Part shown: one piece after another, positions 53,228 through 64,000 of the stretch
How positions within the stretch are numbered: position 1 is the first letter of the stretch
How the letters are laid out: every line of letters begins with the position of its first letter
Assembly: GCF_006345805.1 (NCBI RefSeq)
Contig: NC_043000.1
Coordinates: 48,174,001 to 48,238,000, forward strand
Reading direction: 5' to 3'
Source of the DNA: Octopus sinensis
Taxonomy: Eukaryota
DNA: 64,000 bases
Translations under genes and position numbers: made by a program
The notes under the pieces: model-generated
What the model saw: the letters and a program-made list of their open reading frames with translations, nothing else
The model's database searches: none
What the model was told of the DNA's origin: nothing

Positions 53228-53615
53228 AGGCATGACTATATGGTAAGTAGTTTGTTTTCCAATCACATGACTCTTGGTTCAGTCCCACTGCCTGGCAACT
53301 TTGGCAAGTGTCTTCTGCTATAGTCTCAGGTTAATCAAAGCCTTGTGAGTGGATTTGGTAGACAGAAACTGAAAGAAGCCCATTGTATATGTGTGTGTTT
53401 GTCCCCCCCCCCCCACCACCACCACAAATTGACAACCAGTGTTAGTGTGTTTATGTCCCTGTAATTTAGCAGTTTGGAAAAGAGATCAATATAATAAATG
53501 CTATGCTTAAAAAGAGAATAGTACTAAGATTGATTCATTCGACTGAAAATTCTTCAAGGCGGTGCCCCAGCATGACCACAGTCTAATGACTAAAACACAT
53601 AAAAGAATAAAACAA
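53228..53615 (+). mobile_element. SINE family A
   Basis: Head, CORE-like centre and GGCGGTGCCCCAGCATG tail. Confidence 0.85.
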
Positions 53616-54785
53616 AAAGATATATTTGATAACGTAGTCTTTGATACTTAGTACCTGAATAAAAGGGCTGATAATCCCTATTAGATTACCATTTAATCAT
53701 AAGATCAAATTTAAACTAGGAACAACATAAGAACAGTCACAAATGCAGACTCACCTGCTATTTAAGTAGATTTATATTTTATTGGGTTCTGTTTTTTTTA
53801 TTACAAGATGGTGTGTAATACTTCAGCCAAGTTTTAATTCCATGAGGCTCAAACTAAACCTACTTTATTCAAGTAGATTCCTCTGCTTTCTGTATTGTGA
53901 TTTAGTACTTACATATTTATTAAATCCAAATAAATTATTGCAGCATTCATTGGTATAATCACCATCTGCAATTTCTCCCATCTGTTTTACCATCCATGTT
54001 AGCATGATGTAGTCAAGTGTTAATGTGTTTTATCCCCCATCTCAGTAGTTCATAACATCAAGAACACACACAGCAACAGAGGAAACCACATTGGCGCGGC
54101 CTGCTTTGGCAAAAATAGCTTTTATTGATAAAGTATAAAATCTTTAAAGTTTGTATGCCAGTGGCACTTGCATGGCACAGAAACTTTAAAAACTTTATTG
54201 CATTCATATATCTATGTACACGTATATGTACTCACACACACACACACCTATCTGCACGTGCACACCATTACTGATATCTTATATGAGTCATAACATATGG
54301 AAATTATTTATTAATGGGATATCTTGAAGGTTAAATGAAATTTCCAGTATATCATTGTCAATTTACTTCCTTAGTAGAATAAATAGTGTATATCTAATAG
54401 AAATACTGTCTTGAAAACGCCAGGTTTACTTTATATATTGCTTATGATGTAATAATGCACTTTTACACTTACTCTCTGGAAATATAAAACCTCTTTGATA
54501 ATCTTTATGATAACAAAATCTCTATAAACTTTAGAATACTCAGGGTAAAGTTTAACCCCTTTGGTAACAATCTGATTAGAGCTGCCCTTTAAAACCCTTC
54601 TGTTTTAATCCATTAGCATATAAACTAAACATATCTCGTTGAAATATTCTACGTATTTTGTGCTTAAGCCAGCTGGATCTGGTCTCTCACACTACAAGTT
54701 CATTCTAAAAATAAACGATTACATCATTGAAATTTTAAAACTACAAGGTAATGCATGACTGATTCAAAATAATGTGAATAAACAT

Positions 54786-55190
54786 AGGCATAGGAGTGGC
54801 TGTGTGGTAAGTGGTTTGCTTATGAGCCGCATTGTTCTGGGTTCAGTCCCACTGTGTAGCACCTTGGGCAAGTGTCTTCTGCTTTAGCCCCGGGCTGACC
54901 AATGCCTTGTGAGTGGATTTGGCAGACTGAAACTGAAAGAAGCCCACCGTATATATGTATATATATATGTGTATGTTCATGTGTGTTTGTGTGTCTGTGT
55001 TTGTCACTCCAACATCACTTGACAACCGATGCTGGTGTGTTTACATCTCCGTAACTTAGCGCTTCGGCAAAAGAGACCGATAGAATAAGTACTAGGCTTA
55101 CAAAGAATAAGTCTCGGGGTCGATTTGCTCAACTAAAGGTGGTGCTTCAGCATGGCCACAATCAAATGACTGAAACAAGTAAAAGAGTAA
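54786..55190 (+). mobile_element. SINE family A, full length, with probable TAAACAT target-site duplication
   Basis: Full consensus match; TAAACAT occurs at 54779-54785 and 55188-55194. Confidence 0.9.
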
Positions 55191-55262
55191 ACATTATATT
55201 TAACAAAGTAATGTGAATACTAAAAGGTTTAAGTGATGTAAATCAAAATCTGCCATCAAAAT

Positions 55263-55412
55263 TCATCATCATCGTTTAACGTCCGTTTTCCATGCTAGCA
55301 TGGGTTGGATGGTTCGACTGGGGTCTGAGAAGCCAGGAGGCTGCACCAGGCACCAGTCTGATCTGGCAGTGTTTCTACAGTTGGATGCCTTTCCTAATGC
55401 TAACCACTCCAT
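55263..55412 (-). mobile_element. RTE 3' end repeat (family C)
   Basis: Matches 45393-45550. Confidence 0.85.
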
Positions 55413-55643
55413 GAAAATATGTTTCTAACAGTAGCTTAATGATAAGGTTATTTTATTAAAATTCTTCACTATTTTCAAAACAAATTGAAATGAAGATAAT
55501 GCATTTCAAAAGACTAACACTCATCTTTCAGTCTTGACTAAGGAGAACATGCTGAGATCATTGTGACTTCCTTGTCACCTATTACTAGTCTGAACGTAGT
55601 TACTCTGTTCATGCACTGCTTTAGTTATTCTATATATATATAT

Positions 55644-55860
55644 ATGGAAAAAAAAGTCAAGATAGAAAATGCTAAAATAATTTTATAAAAAACATTTCAG
55701 TAGTGGTTTCAGTCACTGAGATTTTTTCAGCTGTAACAATTAAATAATTAAATTTAGAAAAAATTAAAAGAAAAGTTTATTTAAAAGAATATTTGTATAG
55801 TGTTCAAATACAAGTGACATTTTCCTATTTTAGCATTTTCTATCTTGACTTTTTTTCCAT
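55644..55860. mobile_element. (TA)n-embedded element with 35-bp inverted ends and a hammerhead-like motif
   Basis: ATGG(A)nGTCAAGATAGAAAATGCTAAAATA at both ends, inverted; minus-strand motif at 55698-55733. Confidence 0.75.
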
Positions 55861-55913
55861 ATATATCAACTTGTATGCTCCTTTTCATCCTTATAAATAT
55901 ATATATATATATA

Positions 55914-56115
55914 GTTAATCCAAACATGAAAACACAAAGAGAAAATACAACAGCGCGAGCCCATGAAACAATTATAGTGTTATTGGACGCTCAGGAAAGG
56001 AAAGAAAGAAGGAGGATTTAACATTTCGAGCGGAGCTCTTCACCAGAAACATAGATAAAGGAAAGGTCCTCGGAAGGGAAGACGGAGAAAGAAAATCGAT
56101 AACGATACACACGCA
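55914..56115 (-). mobile_element. Penelope-like pLTR fragment
   Basis: Minus strand CTGGTGAA-GAGCtccGCTC-GAAATGT at 56019-56046; related to 34722-34925 and 62000-62135. Confidence 0.55.
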
Positions 56116-56447
56116 TGTATTTATAGTGCACATGGTCAAGTGGTTAGTGATCATGAGCCCAATTCCTAAATTCGGTTGTGCATTGTGTTCTCAAGCAAAG
56201 CTCTTCACCTCATGCTACTCTACAATCACTTTAACACCTGACACATGGCACGCAGTGCACCTGTTCAGCAATGTTGATTTGACGGAGTGAATGAGCTAAT
56301 GTGCAGCATGAACAGTTGATCAATTTAAACAAATCTTTTGTGCAGGTTGTTGAGCAAAAAGCTGAATGCTCATATATTGTTTTTGACACGAGAGTCCATT
56401 ATTTATTGGCATAGTAACAATCAACGAGCAGAACAGAATGACCACAA

Positions 56448-56843
56448 GGTGGCAAACTGGCAGAAATGTCAGCACACCGGGCAAAATGCTTACCGGTATT
56501 TTGTCTTTCGTCTGCCGTACATTCTGAGTTCAACTTTGCCTTTCATCCTTTTGGGGTCGATTAAATAAGTACCAGTTATGCACTGGGGTCGATATAATTG
56601 ACTTAATCCATTTGTCTGTCCTTGTTTGTCCTCTCTGTGTTTAGCCCCTTGTGGGTAGTAAAGAAATAGGTATTTCATCTTTCATCTGCCGTTACATTCT
56701 GAGTTCAAATTCCACCGAAGTCGACTTTGCCTTTCATCCTTTCGGGGTCGATAAATTAAGTACCAGTTACGCACTGGGGTTGATGTAATCGACTTAATCC
56801 CTTTATCTGCCCTTGTTTGGCCCTTGTGGGCAATAAAGAAATA
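56448..56843 (+). mobile_element. Dimeric family B SINE with 13-bp TSD
   Basis: Two tandem bodies; AGAATGACCACAA at 56435-56447 and 56844-56856. Confidence 0.9.
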
Positions 56844-58097
56844 AGAATGACCACAACATGATGTAAAATATGAAATTTTTAGTGATTAAATACCAGTGCC
56901 ACACTAGCAGCCCAGTTCGGTTGCTGTGGCTAAAGAGGAGATAACAACTCCAAAATGCTTGCATCTCACAGACTCGGTAGGTGGTGCTGCAAGCTTATTT
57001 TAGGTGTATTTACTTTATTTGCCCCCAGTGAGAAATTTTCTCCATGACAAAACAGAGAAATGCTTTCTTACAAGTTCAAATATACCCCAAGGATATTTGT
57101 ACTGGAAGTGACACTTGTATTTTTATACATCACTGCTTAGCACTGCCACCCTGTAATTTATCCAAGATTCTGCTGGTAGAAAATGTATTCAAACCATTTT
57201 AGAACAACTAGCCACCCAATAGAATAACTTCTGCTATCTTTTTGTATGAAGCACACATATACAGGCTTCCACTCAACATCTATCCAACATCCTCTACTCT
57301 ATCTTTCATCACATGAAAATTAAAGATCTGTGCTTGAAAGGGAAAGAGTTTCTCTTGATGGTTGTGATGGTGGTGATGGTGATAGTGGTGGTTGTAGTGG
57401 TGGTGGCAGCAGCAGTAGAAATATGATTGTTGAGTCGCAAGCATTGGTAAAAGAAGAAAATCAGTTGAGGTATGAACATTTGATATTAGATTTAATGGGA
57501 CTTGACTGTCATAAAGCACACACACACATACACACACTCAATAGAATGTCAGATAGGATGTCTTGCAGTAATTGTTCTGGCTCTCTGGGTTCAAATCATG
57601 CTGAAGTCAACTTGGACACAGGCTTGAAACATTTGAATCAAATGAGTAAACCACATTAGATATTTCCTTTTTAAAACCTAGTACTTAGTCTATCGGTCTC
57701 TATGCTGAACTGCTAAGTTACAAGGACATAAACAAACCAACACTGGTTGCTAAGCGATGGTGGGGGGGCCAGACACATACGCACACATACACATGTGTGC
57801 ACACACACACACATACACAGATATACATATGACAAGTTTCTTTCCCTTTCAATGAAACAAATTCACTTCCAGGTCTTTGGTCAGCCTTCGACTATAATAA
57901 AGACACTTGCATAAGATGTCATTCAGTGGGACTGAACCTAGAACCATGATGTTGGGAAGTAAGCTCCTTACCCCAATGCAACACCAATACATATCTATCC
58001 ATCCATTGAGCCATCCATCGATCTATCCCCCAACAGAAAAGCTCTACCTTGTAACTTGTCCCATCTGTGTGCAGCCCTGTGTGGCCAATAAAGAAAC

Positions 58098-58171
<74 letters not shown>

Positions 58172-58174
58172 GTG

Positions 58175-58255
<81 letters not shown>

Positions 58256-58964
58256 GACATGTGTTAGAGGGAGCAGGTAAAAACTTTACCCATTTTCTAC
58301 CCCAGTATTAAATATATCCTTCCAAAAATATCTAAAATATAGTTACAGCTTTTAAACAAAGTTTCTGTAATGGGATTCATTTTCTGACATCTGAGTTTTT
58401 TGGGGGTTTTTTCATAAAAATTTTCTGATAACAATTTAAATCTTTCATATTTTTGTGTCTCCACATAAAATAATAATTTCAATTTAGAATATATTGATAA
58501 ATAATCTATATATATATATAAAAGAAAGAAGGAAAAATATATGATATAAACAACATACACAGTCTATGGATTCGTTTATATTGACATGCTTGAAGGCAAC
58601 AGTTGTTAACATTATTTTGTTAACATTGTTTTGTGATTATTTAGATGTTGTATAATTCAAATAAAATTATAGCACTGAACTTGAAAAAAAAAAGCATCTG
58701 AAAATTCAATTCAATGGAAAACACATGCATATATATATATTTACATACATTTATACACATGTACAATATTTAGATTTTTGCACAGCCAAAACAATAAACC
58801 AGCATAATTAAATAAATTGGCAAAAAGCAAAAACCACAGCTGATTGGAGTTTTGTTTTGGGAAACCAATTTTATGATAGGTTCAGTATGTGAAATGCAAC
58901 AGGTTCAACAACTAATGTGATATCTGAGCTGGAACAGTCAGTAAGGCTCCACCCAGCAATAGCA

Positions 58965-59154
58965 TAATAATAATAATGATAATAATAATAATAATAATAA
59001 CAATAACGATGACAATAATAATAACAAAAATAATGATAATAATAATAATAACAATAATAATAACGATAACAATAATAATAATAATAACAACAACAACGAT
59101 AATAATAATAATAACAACGATAACAATAATAATAACGATAATAATAATAATAAC

Positions 59155-59188
<34 letters not shown>

Positions 59189-59270
59189 TAATAATAATAA
59201 CGATAACAATGACAATATTGATATTGATGGTTGTGATGGTGATAATAATAATAATAATAATAATATAATT
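58965..59270. repeat. (AAT)n/(AAC)n compound trinucleotide repeat
   Basis: Direct reading. Confidence 0.95.
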
Positions 59271-59979
59271 AGTAAATTTATGTTGTAAAAATAAAACAGT
59301 AAAAATTAATATAAATAATATATTCCAATGAGATAACAGAGAAATAAATCAGTTAAATGGATTTTGATTTTATTTATTATTATTTCTCTTGTCTCCAATG
59401 GTTTGTTTTGCTGGATGCAGTAAATAAGTTCTGCAAACATAGGTGATATAGAATGGATGAGCGTGACCGACAAACTGACGTTGGAGGTGGTTCTGGTGTA
59501 AATCTAATGGCTTAGGAATGGAAACAGAATGTATCAAAAAACAAAAAGTTCCAGAAATTCTTCAAAGATTCTTCCTTCTCCTTCTCTTTGTTTTTATGAC
59601 TTTGCAGTTCACATGTTCAAGTGTATTGATGTATAACAAGGAAAGGAACCTCTTTTTCTTTTCCACCATTCCTCATCATAAAGCACAGCAATCCACCCAT
59701 GCCCACCCACTATGTTCTAATAGCTTCATTGGAAGATTTATATAATCTTCTTGACTGAGTTATCTTAGCAGCTTTATAACTCTCCTGGTAAATAGATGCT
59801 CTATGCTCTATAGCATTTATTCCTTGATGGCAAGTCACAGCATACATAGACTGGAACTGGGCCCTTTGAGGCTCCTTGAATTGTTGGGCCCATAGAAAAC
59901 TGCCTGGTGTGTCCATACCTTAAGACATCCCTGTTTTTAGAGGAGAAAAGATTTGTAGCCCTTCACTCAACACTTCTTG

Positions 59980-60225
59980 TGGGAGCACGTGGCTTAATGG
60001 TTAGGGTGTTGGACTCATGATTGTAAGATTGTGATTTCGATTCCTGGACCATGTGATCTTGAGTAAAATGCTTCATTTCACATTGCTTTAGTCCACTTAG
60101 CAGACAAAAATGAGTAATCCTGTGATGGACTGGCGTTCTATCTAGGTAGAGAATATATACGCCGTGAAACTGAGAAACTGTCCCTTATGAGTTGGTATGA
60201 CTAAAAAAACATAACTTTACCTTTT
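59980..60225 (+). mobile_element. SINE family D
   Basis: GCACGTGGCTTAATGGTTAGGGTG...TTCGATTCCTGGACC; homologous to 22085-22345. Confidence 0.75.
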
Positions 60226-60837
60226 TTTTTTACACGACTTTCTATTTTTTACAAGAAGTGGGGGTGCTGAAAATGTTTTCCCATCACCCTCTCAAAGTGC
60301 AGTAGAGCTGGTTGGGGAAAATTAAGATTAAGAGAGAGAGAGAGAGACCAAGTCTGACAACAGCAATAACAACAACCACAATAAAGACAGTAGCTTGGCC
60401 TTTCAGTGCTAGAAGTATCTATTGATGGAAAAGAATAAATTTGATATTGTAAGCACAAGTTTCAGGCAGAAAGGAGAAATGAGTACATTGACGGATCTTG
60501 AATTGTGTACCTACTGTTTTCAAACAGCCAGTTATACACTAGAAAACCTGTCATCCTATTCTCTCATAGTCATTTCGAACTTTCCATGTTGTCCCTGTGT
60601 ATTGGTATCCATTCTTGGACAGTTTTTGAGAAGTTGCTAAATCCTTTGTTTGACCCATCTTACAATGTTGCTGCTTTTGAAAGAAAGAAAAAAGAGAGAG
60701 GAACTGGTGTCAGTACTAAACTGGTACTTTGTTTATCAATCCTAGAAGCATGGAAGGTAAAATAGACCTTAGTGGAATTTGAACCCAGAAAGCTGAATAG
60801 CATGAACAAATATTCCAAAAGCATTTGCCAAATATCC

Positions 60838-61038
60838 TTATTTCTTTATTACCCACAAGGGGCTAAACATAGAGGGGACAAACAAGGATTAAGTCGATGA
60901 CATCAGCCCCAGTGCGTAATTGGTACTTAATTCATCGACCCCGAAAGGATGAAAGGCGAAATTGACCTCCGCGGAATTTGAACTCAGAACATAGCGGCAG
61001 ACGAAATGCCTCTAAGCATTTCGCCCAGCATGCTAACA
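60838..61038 (-). mobile_element. SINE family B, full monomer
   Basis: Reverse complement of the 56448-type monomer. Confidence 0.85.
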
Positions 61039-61941
61039 TTACTGCCAGCTCACCACCTTGTTCAGTTAACAGAATATTCTAAATATTCTGTCAACTGAAT
61101 GCCCAAAAGAAAAGAATAGCATTGGTGTATGTTGAAGTCCTGGAATAATCTGAGCAGAGTCAACTAATGATTATAAGTTCAGTGTGTTAAATTTATATGG
61201 AAGGTGCTAAGAGAATGTAAGGAAAGAAAATAGCTGAGAAGCAGATGTTTCTTTAACAGAAAAGTGAGTAGTAATTGACTGCACTGATTTTAAATGTATA
61301 ACCTAATTGAAGTTGTTGTTTTGTTCAAAGACAATCCTGAGATTCAGCAAACCTGTAATTAAAGTCTTGCTTTAGCTCTGCCTAACCTATATTTTTTTTT
61401 TTTACCTTTTCCTATTATTTGTTTCAGTGCATTGCATATTCAGCACTACATTATCCAAATGAAATCTTTCCTTTTTTAATATTGTAGGCTGAGATTTGTG
61501 GGAGATTTAGTTGCTTTCTTTTCCAGGTCGAGTGAGTTCAAAGAAACTCTCTCTTTGGTATATACAGTTGTTGTTCTAACAGATTTTTACATGATTAAAT
61601 TAGCTCCAGGTTTGATCAATCCATTCTCTCTATATAATTCTTTCAAAAGCATTTAACTGCTCTGCTTGAAACACTAACACAGGTGTTGGGGAAATTTTTA
61701 ACGATTTACCCCAAAAGATATTTATTTACATTGTTACCCCCTTTGATTTCAAAGGAAAAAAATCATAGATAACAAGGAACATTTTTTTTAATATAATTTT
61801 ACTTACTGCCAAGAATTCCATTTTTACCTCTCTTGGGATAATTTACCCTGGTTCACCAACCCCTGTAACAGGTCATTAAATTGGCAGGATGCTGAGAAGA
61901 AACAAACTTTAACTAAACATGAATAAATCGAACATACACAC

Positions 61942-61977
<36 letters not shown>

Positions 61978-62134
61978 GTTCAGCACTGTAACTACATACA
62001 TGCTGTTAGTGATTTCATTTCCATCTTGGACTTCTTCCCATTCACCTTTCCAACAAAGAGCTATGCTTGAAACATCAAAACCTCTCTCTTTTTGCAGAGC
62101 ATCAAACTAATACTTGTGCAGCTCCTCTTCTAAA

Positions 62135-63233
62135 ATTCATTTACCCATGAGGAAAAATACTCCTCCAGTACTGTTCTGACCTCATCTACAGAATTCATAT
62201 TTTTTTCCATCCAAATGATTTTGAAGACTGTGGAATATATGATAATCAGATGTGACAATGTCCGGCAAATATGGTGGGTGGAGCATCGTTTCCCATTCAA
62301 ACTGCTCCAGTCTTTGGAATGTCATCCTTGCTATATGTGGCTGAGCATTATCCTGATAGAAGAACACCTTTTGTCTTGAAACCAAAGATGGTCGTTTTTC
62401 TTCTAGCCCTTCTGACAGTAAATCTCTTTTGTTATCATTTGGTTTGGCTTTAAAAGTTCAAAGTGGACTAAACCCTTCATATCTCACTAAACAGATACCA
62501 ATACCTTACGTGGTGAAGACCTTCTTTAGCATAGGGTGTCAGTGTTTCTCCCTCACCTACCCACAGTCTTTGGCACTTAACATTTCTATAGAGAACCCAT
62601 TTCTGATGACTAGTCACTATCCAGTCCAAAACAAGGTTCATTTGTGAGATGTGTCAGCAAAGAATAGTACACATTCACTCTTTGTACACAATTAGACTCA
62701 GAAAGTTTGTGAGGAAACCATTGACCCAATTTTCTGACTTTTCTGATGGCATGCAGGTGTTGATGAATGGTTTAATGACCCTATCCAAGCTTCTCTGCTA
62801 ATTCCACAGTTGTGATGGGATATTGTTCCACTAAGGTTTGCAGGACATCCTTGATGAGCTCTACAGATCTTCCAAGATGAGGATCTTCTTCTAGGCTGTA
62901 GTTTCTGGCTCTGAATTTCTGGAGCCACTGTTGACACTGGATTATGTTTATTGAAGGATCCCCATATACATCATTAATATTCTTCTAACTTTCCATTGTG
63001 TTGTTGCCTTTATTGAACTCATAAAGCTAAATATGCCAAATATGCTCCTTTGTCACTTCCATTATAACTTTGAAAAAATAACAGTTAAAATCAAACTGCA
63101 CTCTTCAAAACTTGCACTATGAATAAGCACAAGGTAAAATTACTACCTGTTTTCATAGCAAGTCAATGCAGGTAGTTTATCCCGTCCCCCTCCAACTTTT
63201 GTAAAAAACTGCATTATTTATTAGATGACCCAA
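62135..63233 (-). mobile_element. Decayed mariner (DD34D) transposon
   Basis: 5' TIR TA|TTGGGTCATC.AATAAATAATGCAG near 63205-63237. ATG at 63062 (MEVTKEHI..LYEFNKG), GQWFPHKL (WVPHEL motif), QDNAQPH and HPPYLPDIVTSDYHIF (HPPYSPDLAPSDYHLF). Many stops and frameshifts; no 3' TIR seen. Confidence 0.92.
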
Positions 63234-63344
63234 TATATCAGCATTAGCATCATTTAGCATCTAACCATGCTGCCATGGGTTGGAAGTAAAAGAATCCTAA
63301 ATGAAAAAAAAAAAATCATAAATACTGATATGATAGAAATATTG

Positions 63345-63719
63345 GGATGGAAATGATGAAGGTAGTGACAATAATAACAAACACGATGATGATGATGACA
63401 GCAACAATGAGGACTTTAGCGATGACAATGATGATGGTAATTTCAGCGATGGTGTTGATCGTCATCGTAGTTTTCATTTTTATAAATACCCTCACCATCA
63501 TCATCATTGTCGTCATCATCATCATCATGTTCACCGTCATTGCCGTCATCATCATCGTCATCACCACCACCATCACCATCATCATCATCGTCAACATTGT
63601 CATTTCAGAAAGTTTTAACTTTTGATTTATTCTACAAGATTAGACATCATATTATGCATTTATGCATGCCTCAAAATATGTATATCATCACCATCATCAT
63701 CATCATCATCATTATTAAC

Positions 63720-63751
<32 letters not shown>

Positions 63752-63790
63752 CACCATTGCTATCATTGCTGTTGCTGTGATTGTCATTCA
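63345..63790. repeat. Imperfect (GAT)n / (CAT)n / (AAT)n trinucleotide region
   Basis: Direct reading; the (GAT) tract followed by the (CAT) tract is self-complementary. Confidence 0.85.
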
Positions 63791-64000
63791 CTACCCTTTT
63801 TTTTTTTTTTCAATTCAATATCAATGAAAGTCACACACCATTTGTGAATAAATAGTGAGCAGTTCTGTTATGAAGATTCAAGGAAAAGTGAAATTCCATA
63901 TCAGAACTGATAAAATTCATATTGAAAACTAGTGGGTGGTAGAATTTTCACTGAGCCATTTTCAATATAAATTTTACTAGTAAAAGTGATGGCATTATTA

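Larger units (their letters stand above)
54552..55510. mobile_element. piggyBac-like MITE with nested SINE A and family C insertions
   Basis: Starts TTAACCCC. Segments 55240-55265 and 55410-55510 are reverse-complementary to about 2020-2135. Confidence 0.5.

Overview
AT-rich (roughly two-thirds AT), microsatellite-saturated eukaryotic DNA. The SINE/LINE complement looks like an octopus (coleoid cephalopod) genome; this is inferred from remembered repeat families, not from a search. I find no intact host protein-coding gene, and nearly all ORFs in the track are translations of microsatellites or SINEs. Supported content: (i) a 1.6-kb CR1-group LINE RT fragment, two other CR1 3' ends and several RTE fragments; (ii) a decayed DD34D mariner and two internally deleted Tc1/mariner (maT-like) copies; (iii) dozens of copies of three tRNA-headed SINE families plus short RTE 3' ends; (iv) piggyBac- and hAT-like MITEs. 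Four less obvious signals stand out. First, fold-back elements embedded in (TA)n tracts carry degenerate minimal type-I hammerhead motifs and resemble Penelope-like pseudo-LTRs. Second, E/K/N-rich minus-strand reading frames at 30-50 kb, some with splice acceptors and few stops, suggest a decayed multi-exon gene. Third, an inverted pair of unique ~60-bp cores at 12.7/13.9 kb differs only at G-U wobbles and one A-C mismatch. Fourth, the main SINE and the CR1-group LINE share a 3' stem-loop with covarying sequence.
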